Of a stretch of 64,000 nucleotides of DNA, positions 50,922 to 61,571 are shown one piece after another. This stretch comes from a virus (Duplodnaviria; Caudoviricetes), in IMG/VR virus record IMGVR_UViG_3300021426_000077, positions 1 through 64,000 of that record, one strand, 5' to 3'. Under the pieces are notes generated by a model. The model was given only the letters and a program-made list of their open reading frames with translations, ran no database searches and had not been told where the DNA came from. The position numbers and the translations under genes were made by a program. Position 1 is the stretch's first letter, and each line of letters opens with the position of its first letter.

Positions 50922-51698
50922 TTAATATAATGAACGATGCCATTCAAGAGGTTCTTCCATTTTTGAAGTATCCATTAAAGGCATTGTGGATACCCGCATA
51001 TAGAAGTCAGATTTAACTTTTTCAAAATATCTCTTATATACATCATATAATTGAAATGGGGTATAATTAAAAAAGATATTTATATCCATCTGTAATCCAA
51101 CAGCTAAAGTAGAACATTGATCACAAAAGATTGAACGAGGACCATCTGATTCAGCCTGCATAGCATGAACCTTTTCTCGTCCTGCTTTAATCTTATCTGC
51201 AATTTTCTTTGCCGCATCATTCGCAGGATTATAATCTGGTTCTCTTTCATTATCTATATGTGGAAGAAAAGCATCATTTAATACAATTTGAAAATCTTCA
51301 AAATTAAAAGGATGAATTCTTCCAACTATTTTAGTCGTCTCTTCTTCTTGTTCTATTGAAAAATCTATTGAATTTTCTTCAACAGAAACAATATAATCTG
51401 GAAAGATTAAAGTAAAAAGATTTAAAATTAAAGTTTTTACTGTTTCATCTTGATTGATCATCATCATTAATAACTGAAAATCTGATATAATCTCTAAATC
51501 AAGATTACCCTTTTTTACCATGTCAGTAAAATATTCCATTTTAGCTAACATTTGAACCGCCGATAAAAAATCATTTTCACCAAATAGCACTATATCTTTT
51601 ATCTTAGGCTGAGTAATAAATATGTTCGCACTCTCAATTGGCAATGGTTGCCCAGAGAGAATTAAACCTAATTTTGTTTTATCTCCTTGTATACTCAT
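50922..51698 (-). CDS. Tail assembly chaperone-like protein, 258 aa
   Basis: QPKIKDI...DYNPANDAAKKIADKIKAGR...YTPFQLYD; neck/tail context. Confidence 0.55.
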   Translation of the reverse strand: MSIQGDKTKLGLILSGQPLPIESANIFITQPKIKDIVLFGENDFLSAVQMLAKMEYFTDMVKKGNLDLEIISDFQLLMMMINQDETVKTLILNLFTLIFPDYIVSVEENSIDFSIEQEEETTKIVGRIHPFNFEDFQIVLNDAFLPHIDNEREPDYNPANDAAKKIADKIKAGREKVHAMQAESDGPRSIFCDQCSTLAVGLQMDINIFFNYTPFQLYDVYKRYFEKVKSDFYMRVSTMPLMDTSKMEEPLEWHRSLY

Positions 51699-51713
51699 AA
51701 AACAACACACCTA

Positions 51714-52334
51714 TTAATAAGAACCATTTAAGTCCTGATGTGAAGGTAGTGTAGGATCAAGATTTACGCTATCATCTGCATTAGAATGAGTTGCAATATA
51801 CCTTAAAACAATTCCTCCTAAATATTCGTTCATTACAATTTCGCTAGCACCCATAAATTGTAAAGTACCAATACCAGAAAGTTTAGTGCCATTTAAAATA
51901 CCATCAATATATCCCGCAATTTGATAAGGACGAAGTTTATAATCATCTAATTCCCAATAGTCTAAATGACAAATAATAGAAAAAGTAATTGTACAATCAC
52001 GATATTGTGGATTACTTGTAGGAATAAAATCATCAAATTCTAAAAGAATATATGCTTTAACCTCTTCATGCTCACCAAATTCAAGTTTAGGAACATTTTT
52101 AAGATACTGCTTATCTTTTAAATCTTGAAGATTCATACCATCAATAATTTCTTGATATTGTATCTGAGTATCATCAAGACAATCCGCAGTATTAAGCACT
52201 AAAAGTCGTTTTAATTTATCAGAATATGGGCGACTTTCAATAAAAAGTCGCCGCCAAATCGTTTCTTGATCTGTTTCGCAGGAGAGAAAAGTAGATTTAA
52301 AATTATTAGCTAACAATACCGATGCTTTTTTCAT
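51714..52334 (-). CDS. Tail terminator/neck protein, 206 aa
   Basis: IICHLDYW...LRPYQIAGYIDGILN...GIGTLQF; position between head-closure and tail genes. Confidence 0.6.
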   Translation of the reverse strand: MKKASVLLANNFKSTFLSCETDQETIWRRLFIESRPYSDKLKRLLVLNTADCLDDTQIQYQEIIDGMNLQDLKDKQYLKNVPKLEFGEHEEVKAYILLEFDDFIPTSNPQYRDCTITFSIICHLDYWELDDYKLRPYQIAGYIDGILNGTKLSGIGTLQFMGASEIVMNEYLGGIVLRYIATHSNADDSVNLDPTLPSHQDLNGSY

Positions 52335-53454
52335 TCTTATCTCCTGTAAATGATCCAATAGTAACAGGTAAAGTATAAGTTTCATTATCTTCAGTAACAC
52401 ACGTTAAAGTAAACTTACCTTTGCGACCAGTTAATACTTCAAGTTCGCACTTAGTACCATCTTGAGAATTAATACGAACTAAAGAAGAGTCTACACTAAA
52501 TGTACCATTAGCTTCATAAGTATAAATACCATATGGAGCAACTGTATCTGGTCCATTAATATATCCTCTTTGTCAATCTATTGTTACTTCTAAACTATAC
52601 TCACCATAGTTAATAGTGTAAGTACCTATTGCGCCATCATGAATTCTAACTTTACACATATTTCCATCATTCATAACATCTACGATTTCTACTCTTGGGT
52701 TGCCAGTAACAAACCAAGAGAAAGAACTTTGTAAATAAGATTTTGGAATATAATATCCGATAGTAGTATCTTGCGGGACTAGTGTTTCACCAACGATAAC
52801 AGATTCAATATCGTCAGCTTTCTTAATTTCCGGAAGTTCTGCAATTGGATTGTCATAATATTCTTGAACTTCTATTTCAAGAATGCCTGGGACAGAAATA
52901 CTATCTGTAACTTGGACTTCTCAAATATGTCCATCAACTTTAATATGTGTAAAACGTTCAAAAAATTCACGAGTTTGTTTATTTAATTTTATAAAAATAG
53001 TACCAGAAAGATTTAATTCATTAATATTAATTCCACGTTTTTGAAATCAACGAATATCTGTCTCTGTCGGACCTTGAAAATAAATTCAGTATTCTGTATC
53101 ATCAATTGTAATAGTATATCTACAACGAATGATTTCTGAACGGAGATATGCTGTTTCTGTTAAAATTGGAAGATATACCATCCAATGGGTACAATCATCT
53201 AATATTTCAAAAACATCCCCAGCTTCAAGACCTGCATCATATTCAACAGATAGAATTTTTTTGTCATAATCTGGTTTTAAATTATTTAAATTTATAAGTG
53301 CGGGCCAAGCTTCACAAAGAGGAGTTTTAATTAATCTACTATTATAATCGTTTTTTAATGCGGCCCGCAGACTATTTAATTTTTGTTGATTAATTCGACC
53401 TAATGCATTTCCTCCTTGATATTGAAGTCGCGCACTAAGAGTCTTTAATGACAT
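52306..53454 (-). CDS. Head closure/neck protein with Ig-like C-terminus, 382 aa
   Basis: AGDVFE...HWMVYL...IIRCRY...EYW(TGA)IYFQGP...W(TGA)EVQVTD...PGILE; open in code 4. Confidence 0.65.
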
Positions 53455-53686
53455 GGTCGTCTCCTACTTCTTCTCTTGACTGTTGCGCTTCAGCACCCTC
53501 TGAAAAAGCTAAAATTGCTCCAATTGATAATATTAGAATATGAAAAACTAACATTGTGTGATTAGCTGTTGTTATTCCTCATAAAGGACTGAATCCTTTT
53601 ACAACAATCGCGCTAAGAGGGCAAACAATAAGTCCTATCCACTTTAAAGTGTTATATAGTCTATTATTAACTTGAGAATTAATAAT
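53435..53686 (-). CDS. Dp-1-family holin-like membrane protein, about 83 aa (ATT start or frameshifted)
   Basis: RLYNTLKWIGLIVCPLSAIVVKGFSPLW(TGA)GITTANHTMLVFHILILSIGAILAFS resembles Phage_holin_Dp1; no ATG/GTG/TTG upstream of the first TM. Confidence 0.5.
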
Positions 53687-53729
53687 ATTTATTTCCTCCA
53701 AAATTTGCCCCCCTTTCTAAAATTTTTAT

Positions 53730-54041
53730 CTAGCTAAAATAAGTCCTTATCTTATCTATTAATCCGCAGCATTCAAAAATTGTTCTGCGGTAAAGCATAA
53801 AATCTGCTTCATCACTCATTTCAATTAAACCTTGTAATTTACATACTAGAGCAACTAAATATTCTAAATTAGAAAATAATCCTTGCATTCCCAAAAGCTC
53901 AAGGATAATAGTTTCTAATGGTTTACTTCACTCTTGATGTTCTTCCCGCATAGGTAGAAGTTTAAAAATTTGTGACTGTAATCTTATTAGATTATTATCA
54001 ATTGCTCTGTTGTCTATATCAATATCATACACGCTAATCAT
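53730..54041 (-). CDS. Hypothetical neck-region protein, 103 aa
   Basis: QIFKLLPMREEHQEW(TGA)SKPLETII...YRRTIFECC; ends with TAG. Confidence 0.65.
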
Positions 54042-54528
54042 AATACTGTGTATCAGATGTATCCATGATTCTAGCAAAAGTAGAACCGTATCCTCCACCT
54101 TCTCGCTTTTTACGGCGATTGTATAATCTCTGTAAATGGAAGCCTTTTGTTTCATATTCCTTTTTTAGAGCCACAAGCTGTTTAATATGACTTGCTTGTG
54201 AAGTAAATTTAAAATCACTTCCACTATACTTTTGACGAACAAGATCAATATTAGCTAATTGATAACCTAACCATTCGCTAATCATATATTGACGAATAAT
54301 CATCATTTCTTCTTGAGTTAAAGTAACAGTAAAAGTTTTAGATTCTAAATCTAAATCAAAAAGACTCTTTTTAGGAAACTCAAAATGCGGAATAGCGGCC
54401 ATTAGAATTTCTTCTAATAAAGCTTCTGTATCTTCTTTTGTCATTTCCATAAACATATCATCTGTAATCCCCGCAAGGAAGAAATCATACATTTCTTCAA
54501 AAGAAGTAAAGGAAGAAGTATCTGACAT
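54034..54528 (-). CDS. Head-tail adaptor protein, 164 aa
   Basis: TSFEEMYDFFL...ITDD...YMISEWL...DFKFTSQASH; follows the capsid region. Confidence 0.65.
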   Translation of the reverse strand: MSDTSSFTSFEEMYDFFLAGITDDMFMEMTKEDTEALLEEILMAAIPHFEFPKKSLFDLDLESKTFTVTLTQEEMMIIRQYMISEWLGYQLANIDLVRQKYSGSDFKFTSQASHIKQLVALKKEYETKGFHLQRLYNRRKKREGGGYGSTFARIMDTSDTQYYD

Positions 54529-54544
54529 TTTGGCCTCCTTCCTA

Positions 54545-55102
54545 TTAACTTTGAGTTACACGACGTCCTGTTCTATTAGCCTTAGTTGCGCTAACGCGAC
54601 GGTGAGAAGGAGCTTCATTTTCAGTTCTTACATTCTCTGTCGCTTCCGCAAATTCAATTTGCTTGTTTATATCAATACCTGTCATTTGAGAAATTACTCG
54701 TCTGCGATTAGTATCAGGAATTTTCCAAATAACAGCGTAATCAATTATCATCTCACGGATTCCTTCTGGAGCAAAATCTAAAGCATCTTGTAAAGACTCA
54801 ATTAATGCATCATTATCTAGAAGAAGATGCTTAATATCTTTTAACTCCCAATCATATTCAATTTGATCTTTGGGAATATTAAATTCTGCTCTTAAATCGT
54901 TATTTTTTACACAAAGATATTCGTGAAGAAGCGTTTCTCCACCACTAGTGTAATGTAGTCCACGAAGTTCTCCCGCACTAATCTTTCTCTCTTGGAAGGG
55001 TTCAAAAACTACTCGACGATTTTGATCTGGAATTGTATAAACCACTTTATGGTTTACCATATTACGTACTGGAACTAGTACATGATCTTGTAAATTACTC
55101 AT
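54545..55102 (-). CDS. Hypothetical head-region protein, 185 aa
   Basis: ATG at 55102 with RBS AAGGAGA; LQDALDFAPEG. Confidence 0.65.
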   Translation of the reverse strand: MSNLQDHVLVPVRNMVNHKVVYTIPDQNRRVVFEPFQERKISAGELRGLHYTSGGETLLHEYLCVKNNDLRAEFNIPKDQIEYDWELKDIKHLLLDNDALIESLQDALDFAPEGIREMIIDYAVIWKIPDTNRRRVISQMTGIDINKQIEFAEATENVRTENEAPSHRRVSATKANRTGRRVTQS

Positions 55103-55132
55103 TTTATCTCCTTTTATCTCTATAATATACAA

Positions 55133-55172
55133 ATAAAGGAGGAAGCATCTAATTTAATGCTTCCTCCTTATT
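55133..55172 (-). terminator. Stem-loop/terminator after the glycosyltransferase pair
   Basis: AAGGAGGAAGCAT/ATGCTTCCTCCTT 13-bp stem. Confidence 0.7.
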
Positions 55173-55177
55173 AATGT

Positions 55178-55825
55178 TTAAACTTTACAAGTTTCAATTT
55201 TTCTAATTAGATGACCACATCCAACTCGTGTATCAACATAACAAGGAATATTGTTTTTACGAAGTTGTTCACAGAAAAATAAATCTTCTGATAATACTCC
55301 TTTATGAGAATTATTATAATTTACTCAATCAAATCAAGGATAACTAATTTTATTAAAAATAGAGGTTTTAATGAGAATACACCCCATTCCTCCACCGTGA
55401 ATTTTTACTAAATATTTATTATCATTATGGAGTTTTATTAATTCTTCTTTAGTATATGCACTTTCTTTAGAATAATTAAAATATAATTTATTATACTCAT
55501 CTTTAAGTTTATATACACAAGTTTTATTTAAAGTTTGATCATCTAAATGCCTACGCACATAAAAGCCACTTACAACGTCAACATTATGAGAAAGAAGATT
55601 GAGAAGAGCATCTTTTGGAGGAGTTACATCATTGTCAATCATGAATACATAATCATAATTACCATCTAATGTTAATTGCGCAATTTTATTACGTGCAGTT
55701 GCACAATCATATCCTCGCACAAAGTTAAAAGAGCATTCATTATCACCCTTATCTAAATCTCAAATAGATTTAAAAGTATCTGGTGTAATATTTTCAAAAG
55801 TTGGAACCGCAATTAAAATTTTCAT
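55178..55825 (-). CDS. GT-A fold (GT2-like) glycosyltransferase, 215 aa
   Basis: MKILIAVPT...ARNKI...YDYVFMIDNDV (DxD)...GMGCILIK...PW(TGA)F...SEDLFFC...VGCGH. Confidence 0.85.
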
Positions 55826-55826
55826 T

Positions 55827-56558
55827 TTATTGCGCTCTCTTTGAATGTTCTTCTAAAACTGTTTCTCAATCCATCTCTTTATATTTTTTTATATATTCAC
55901 GTCGTGGGACTTTGATTGAATTTTGTCACTCTCTATATCCTGCAAAATGCACAATTGCAGGTGAATCAGTATAGCCAGTAACTTTAGTTTCATTATAACA
56001 AACAGGAATCTCAGAAACATGATCAGCAAAATAATTTACCGCATCTTGATCTACATAAGGTACTTTTTTATTATTTAAAAAATCAATTAATTTTTCATCT
56101 TTTTTAAATTTACGCATCTTATCTAAATCAAATAATGCGACTCCAGCATTATAATACAATGGACCGTAGGGTTTGTAAGTGGACAATGTTTCTTCCACCA
56201 TTGCGACTCAATCATCTTTTCTTAAAAAATCTCAAATAGGATTAATATCTCTTACACAAATAGTATCTACATCAAGTTGAAGTATTCTACTAACTTCTGG
56301 TAATAATTGAGTATAACAAACTCTAATCATAGCCATATAAGTGAATTGTGTTCTCATATTTGGACCGTCTTTAGGAAAAAACTTTTGCCCACTTACATTA
56401 TGACATTGAATTATATCTGGAAGTTCATGCGGAAAATTATTATCTTCAATGAAAAAATGAACTGTATCTACTGAGCTATTCGCAATAAGTGATTTAGCTG
56501 CAGTTTCCATTGAATCATATAAGTTTCTTGTACCTGTATATGCCGCATGCTTTTCCAT
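55827..56558 (-). CDS. Glycosyltransferase family 8, 243 aa
   Basis: RILQLDVDTIC (DxD), YYNAGVALFDL, DQDAVN, AIVHFAG; joined by TGAs. Confidence 0.88.
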
Positions 56559-56581
56559 TTAAATTAATTTATCTTATTAGA

Positions 56582-57679
56582 TTACTCGCCAGATTCGCCT
56601 TCAGCGCCAGATTCACCCTCGGGCTCGTCAACAGGAAGATTATGTAAACGAGAAGCCTTCTTAAGATCGGTGTTGCGATAGCTGAAGATAAAGTTGGTGA
56701 AGAAAGTAGCTACGCCAAACTTCTTGTAAGCCTGGAAGTCGGTGCTCCAATCATCGTTATCTTCAACAGTACGAACCGCAGTTTGACCCTCAAAGACAAT
56801 CTTAACAGGCTTGTTGTCTTGACCAACGGGGAAGATATAAGCCTGAGCAGGATCGATTACCTTCTCAGTATTAGTTTCATCAACCATGGACTGAGGAAGA
56901 ATAATTACATTGTGACCCTTGTAGTTGCCAAGCCAACCTTCGGCCCAGAGACGATTCTTCATATCATCAGAAACCCAATTGGTCTGGGGAAGCATCTTAG
57001 CAGCAAACTCAAAGGTACAGTAAATAGAAGCCTTGCCATAGCTATCAGCAATAGCAAGTAGCTCGTCCATAGTGGCCTCGTCAAAGCCCGCAACCTCAGC
57101 GCGCTGAACCGCAGGTAGAGAAGCAACTACAGCTGCAAGAGCCTTAGCAATCTCGCGATAAATAAATTCGTCCATGCCTTCCATGACAAGACTGGTTAAC
57201 TCAGAGAACTGAATGCGGCCATCAAGCATTTCCTCGAAGCCAATACGAGCCGCGCCACCGATAGCGCTAGTCTCAACAGTCATGGACTTACCATCAAGCA
57301 TGAAGACCTCATAACGGCCGGCAAGACCGACACGAGTAACGAAAGTCTTAGCGCGCTTACGAGCAGACTCAGTGATGCGAGTACGGAAGACCGCCTTATC
57401 GCCCTGAGCTACATTGCGAATCTCTGCGAATTGGGCATATTGAGCCTCAACACGAGCAGGAAGAACCTCGTCAATAGTCTGCTCAATTAGACGGAAAATA
57501 AGATTCTTGTTCTCACGGTAATCACTATAAGAACCAGCTAGTTTACGGAACTCGGTTGCAAGAGCCTCATTAACCTGATCGAGAGTGTAGCTCTCGTCAT
57601 TGAAGGAATAGGCTGTAGGAGCAGAAGGATCTGCCTTAAGAGCAATACGAGCTAAAGATAATAGATCTTTGTATTCCAT
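56582..57679 (-). CDS. Major capsid protein, 365 aa
   Basis: Follows the scaffold and decoration genes; LIEQTIDEVLP...FAEIRNV; strong RBS; four Trp, all TGG. Confidence 0.85.
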   Translation of the reverse strand: MEYKDLLSLARIALKADPSAPTAYSFNDESYTLDQVNEALATEFRKLAGSYSDYRENKNLIFRLIEQTIDEVLPARVEAQYAQFAEIRNVAQGDKAVFRTRITESARKRAKTFVTRVGLAGRYEVFMLDGKSMTVETSAIGGAARIGFEEMLDGRIQFSELTSLVMEGMDEFIYREIAKALAAVVASLPAVQRAEVAGFDEATMDELLAIADSYGKASIYCTFEFAAKMLPQTNWVSDDMKNRLWAEGWLGNYKGHNVIILPQSMVDETNTEKVIDPAQAYIFPVGQDNKPVKIVFEGQTAVRTVEDNDDWSTDFQAYKKFGVATFFTNFIFSYRNTDLKKASRLHNLPVDEPEGESGAEGESGE

Positions 57680-57696
57680 TCTACATCCTCCCTTCA

Positions 57697-58191
57697 TTAA
57701 GCCTTAATGCACTGAAGCTTGACCGCAGGTTGACCATCGGGTAAAGTATACTCTTTAACAACCTTGAAAACAAGATCGCCAGAATTACCCGCAGTAAGAA
57801 TACCATCATTACCAGGAACAACGGTATCGTTAACCTTTAGGCTAGTGCCATCAGCAAACATGTTAGTAGTAAAAATATCACCAGCTACAAGGCCAAAGAC
57901 GCGAGGATAAATCTTGCCATCATAAGAATCCTCAACCTTTTGAGCCCAATCCTTGTGCATCTGATGACGCTCATCATAGAGCTTTTCCTCGTTGTAGACG
58001 AGCATCCAAGCGCCGTCGCCTGTAAAGTTAACCTCGCCAGCAGCGTAGTCATACTTTACAAACATGCCATTCTCAAGAATGGTAATATTTTCAGCAGCAG
58101 GGAGCTGTGCATAAACACGACCGTCACGAGGAGCAGAAAGATGGTTAGGCTCAACCTGGCCGTAACCCTCTCGTTTAAATGTAATAGCCAT
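57697..58191 (-). CDS. Capsid decoration/cement protein, 164 aa
   Basis: GYGQVEPNHL...LENGMF...GDIFTTN...TLPDGQPAVK; lies between the scaffold and MCP genes. Confidence 0.65.
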   Translation of the reverse strand: MAITFKREGYGQVEPNHLSAPRDGRVYAQLPAAENITILENGMFVKYDYAAGEVNFTGDGAWMLVYNEEKLYDERHQMHKDWAQKVEDSYDGKIYPRVFGLVAGDIFTTNMFADGTSLKVNDTVVPGNDGILTAGNSGDLVFKVVKEYTLPDGQPAVKLQCIKA

Positions 58192-58211
58192 ATTACATTC
58201 CTCCTTTTACT

Positions 58212-59546
58212 TTAAAGATTTTTAGTTTGACGAAGTGCTTCAAGGAAAGCAGGAACGCTCTCAGATGCTTCTTCGTCGAGAGAGAAAGTCATAGCAGGAG
58301 CTGTCTCGGATTCAGATTCAACTTCTTCTTGACCATCAATCATGTCAAAGTTAACATTTTTCTCAACATAAATAACAGCTAGTTTAGCCTTAATTTCATC
58401 AAGACTATACTCGCTCTTATGAGCGATAACGTCAGCCTTATCCTCGTCAGAAAGCATATGATAAGAAGCAATTAATTTATCCTTCTTTTCATTTTCAATA
58501 TTTAGCTTAAAATCACGAAGTTCAGCAATCTCTGCGCGAAGAGATTCATTTTCGCTAACTAAAGCCGCATATTCTTCTTCTGTACGGGTAAACTGAGTCT
58601 GCTCTTCTTCAGTCTCGGCCTTGTCTTCGACTTCTTCTTGAGCAAACTCTTTAGAATTAGCTTGATCATCAGCTGTTTCTTCGACCGTTGTATCAACAGC
58701 CGCAATATCATCTACAGATTCCTCTACAAAATCCGCAGCAGGCTCTTCTTTAGGCTCTTCCTCAAGAGCATGCTCAAGCTCTGCTTCTTCTGTAGTCTCT
58801 TCTGTTAGATCAACATTTTCGTCAGACATGTTCAACCCTCCTTTACTATTGAGCGCTGTTTGTAAATCGTTCATCATCGTAAATAAGGTTTGCTGGAACT
58901 CCACGCCTTGAGTAAAGTTCTTACTTACCTCTGGAGATGTAACCGAAGCGCCTTCATAACAAGGTTCAACATCATCCCCAAGAATGCACAACTTACTAAA
59001 AGTTGCGTCATTAATAATGAAGAAATCTACACCAAGATTATTATCAGTTGCCCAATGACCTTCTAGAGTTTGATCATCTAGTTCCATTGATTGCGGCTGA
59101 CCTTCGCGAAGTACCTTGGTAAGTTCTTCAAATTGACCAACTCATAAATAACCAGTTGTCATTAAATAAGTGCGTTCAACTTGATTACCAAATTCATCTG
59201 TATCAATGAAATTTTGGAATCAAACTTCTGCATCAGGTGAAACGAAACCATAAGGAATAGTTTTGCAAGAGAATGTTAATTCACCATCCTCGATATGCAT
59301 TATATGCCCATGATCGCCAAAATCTTCTTTATCTTTATTAAACGCCGCTACGATAGGTGTGCCACGTAAAGTTTTAGCCATACCTTCCGCAGTCTCACGA
59401 TTAATATAAGACCCATTGCGATTATGTCCCAGATAAAAAACTTTAATCTCGCACTTAGACATTAAAGGGTTAATATCAAGGGGTTGTAAATTAATAAACT
59501 CAGGACCTTGAATCATATCTACCTCAGATTTATTTTTTAATGCCAT
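58212..59546 (-). CDS. Prohead protease fused to scaffold, 444 aa (2 TGA)
   Basis: GHNRNGSYI...DFGDH...PYGFV...W(TGA)...YLW(TGA)...QSMEL...LCILGDDVEPCYEGA, then an acidic coiled-coil scaffold. Confidence 0.8.
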
Positions 59547-59561
59547 TTTCCCCCCTTTCTA

Positions 59562-61121
59562 TTAACCCTCAGATTCTTCATTTGCGATTGTTTTGTCTGA
59601 TTTTTCATCTGGTGAAAGCTCTGGGCGTCCACCTTGCTCGTCCGCAGATGCGTTTCCATCATTATCGCCACCAGACTGTTGAGTTTTGCTAATGGTAGAA
59701 GACATCTGAGGAGGAGTAAATATCTCAACAAGCTCCATAATTTGATTCTCAAATATGGCAGTAGCAAGTACTGTACTTGGAGATTGTCCAAGAGCAACTT
59801 GTGGTAAAAGTTTAGAGAAGCCAATTTGAGTTTGCTCTTTATAAAGCTTGGAAAGATCTTTGTAATTATAAATTGTTGTGGGTAACATTTGTACCCTATA
59901 TAAAAGACGCTTTGGATTCTTGTTAAACATCTTTAACAAAGACTCCGCATAATCTTGGAATTGTAGAACTAAATCAAACATTGTAGCTTCATCATTTGCA
60001 ATTGACTTTTCAAGCGCTAAATTACCACTTGTATTAAATTGCATTTGACTAACGCCAGCTTCATTATAGACTGTTCTTTCCACTTTCTCGAGCTGGTCGG
60101 CCGCAGACTCATTACTGTGATCAGATAAGTCTTCAACTTTAACATCTGCAAAAGTAGTAAGAACATTAATACCAATTGCTTTGCCTAACATTTCAACTGC
60201 ATTCTTATGAAGTTCTCGAGCTTCATCTACGTCAAATATTAAGTCACCATTTTTATCAATTGGCATCTCTTGGATGATTAATCTAAGAAGTTGTTGTTCC
60301 ATCTTTTGTTTATCTAAATCTTGAGCATCTTCAAGATCCATTAATTTTGGAACAATAGAAATAAATAATGGAATATCTGAATTGTTTAAATTAAATTTAA
60401 CAGTACATTCTGGATCTAGAGTAAACCAGCCTTTTCCACTACCAACGTAATCTTCATCCATTTTTCCATGCTTATATTTAATATAAGCTTGTTGGAATTC
60501 TTTGGGGAACATTTTTAAAACTTTAATGCGATAGTCTACATCTTTAAATTGTTCATCAAAGAATTTAACATTAAATTCTATAATATAATGCCCATTTAAT
60601 TTATATCTTGAACGACAATAATCAATAGGAAGTTCTTGTAGGTAGGCCGCATCTTTTTGTTCAATTTTATATCCATAATAACAGCCGTTCCGGAGTACCT
60701 TAAGTGCAATTTCCCCAAAGGTGCTCTTTAAACGACAATTATCTAAGAATGTATTAGTCTTTAGTCAACCTTCAATAACTTTATCATCTTTAATTTTATC
60801 ATCATATCTGATAGGAGTAATTATCCAATCATACCGATATAGATAAGCCATATAACGACAAAGGCGAGAGTAAATACCACTTTTAACAAAGAAATAATTG
60901 GAAATGGAACGGAGTTCTTTTGTTTCATTATTCTCCAAAGCCCTCATTATATCATGTTTTTTAATTCTGTGATGATGATTACGATCAACAAATTCAGATG
61001 CTTTAATTACAACATCATCTCGATAAATTTGCCCGTTAATTCTCATTTTATTAAATTCATGCGGAGACCGTGTTGAGTTATTTTCTGAGGCAATTAAACG
61101 GAAATCTTTTGTATCACTCAA
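59562..61121 (-). CDS. Portal protein, 519 aa (1 TGA)
   Basis: LRSISNYFF..SGIYSRLCRY...VYNEAGVSQMQFN...GGRP; position after terminase; TTG start. Confidence 0.82.
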
Positions 61122-61133
61122 TATTCGACCCCC

Positions 61134-61490
61134 TTAATAACCAGCTGCTTTCATAATATAATCATATGATAATTTGGCTTCATCATAATAAGGAATACAA
61201 ATTAGTTTTATATTATGAGCTAAACAATATTTACGTTTTTGCATATCATTATATTTTTGCCGTCCTACACCTTTTTTCCCACCAAATTTATCTACTGCTG
61301 TGTAGTGTTGTTTACCCTGAGCTTCTATTAAAAATTCAAGCTCACCATCCTCCGTAAAAACGGCAAAATCAAATCTTAGATGCCTGCCACTAGAAGCAAC
61401 TAAATCATCAAACTCATATTCTTCTTCAAAGGGAATATCATAATCAGTTAAAATATTATGAATTTTAACTTCCATAGTAGAACTCATCAT
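61134..61490 (-). CDS. PD-(D/E)XK (DUF2726/Vsr-like) endonuclease, 118 aa
   Basis: EYEFDDL...LRFDFAV...LIEAQGKQHY...DMQKRKYC...IKLICIPY. Confidence 0.78.
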   Translation of the reverse strand: MMSSTMEVKIHNILTDYDIPFEEEYEFDDLVASSGRHLRFDFAVFTEDGELEFLIEAQGKQHYTAVDKFGGKKGVGRQKYNDMQKRKYCLAHNIKLICIPYYDEAKLSYDYIMKAAGY

Positions 61491-61571
61491 AATATACCCC
61501 TTACGTCAAAATATTTATTCAATTAAATATGAATCTCTACAATATGTAATTTTCTAATTTTGCCCCAAAAT

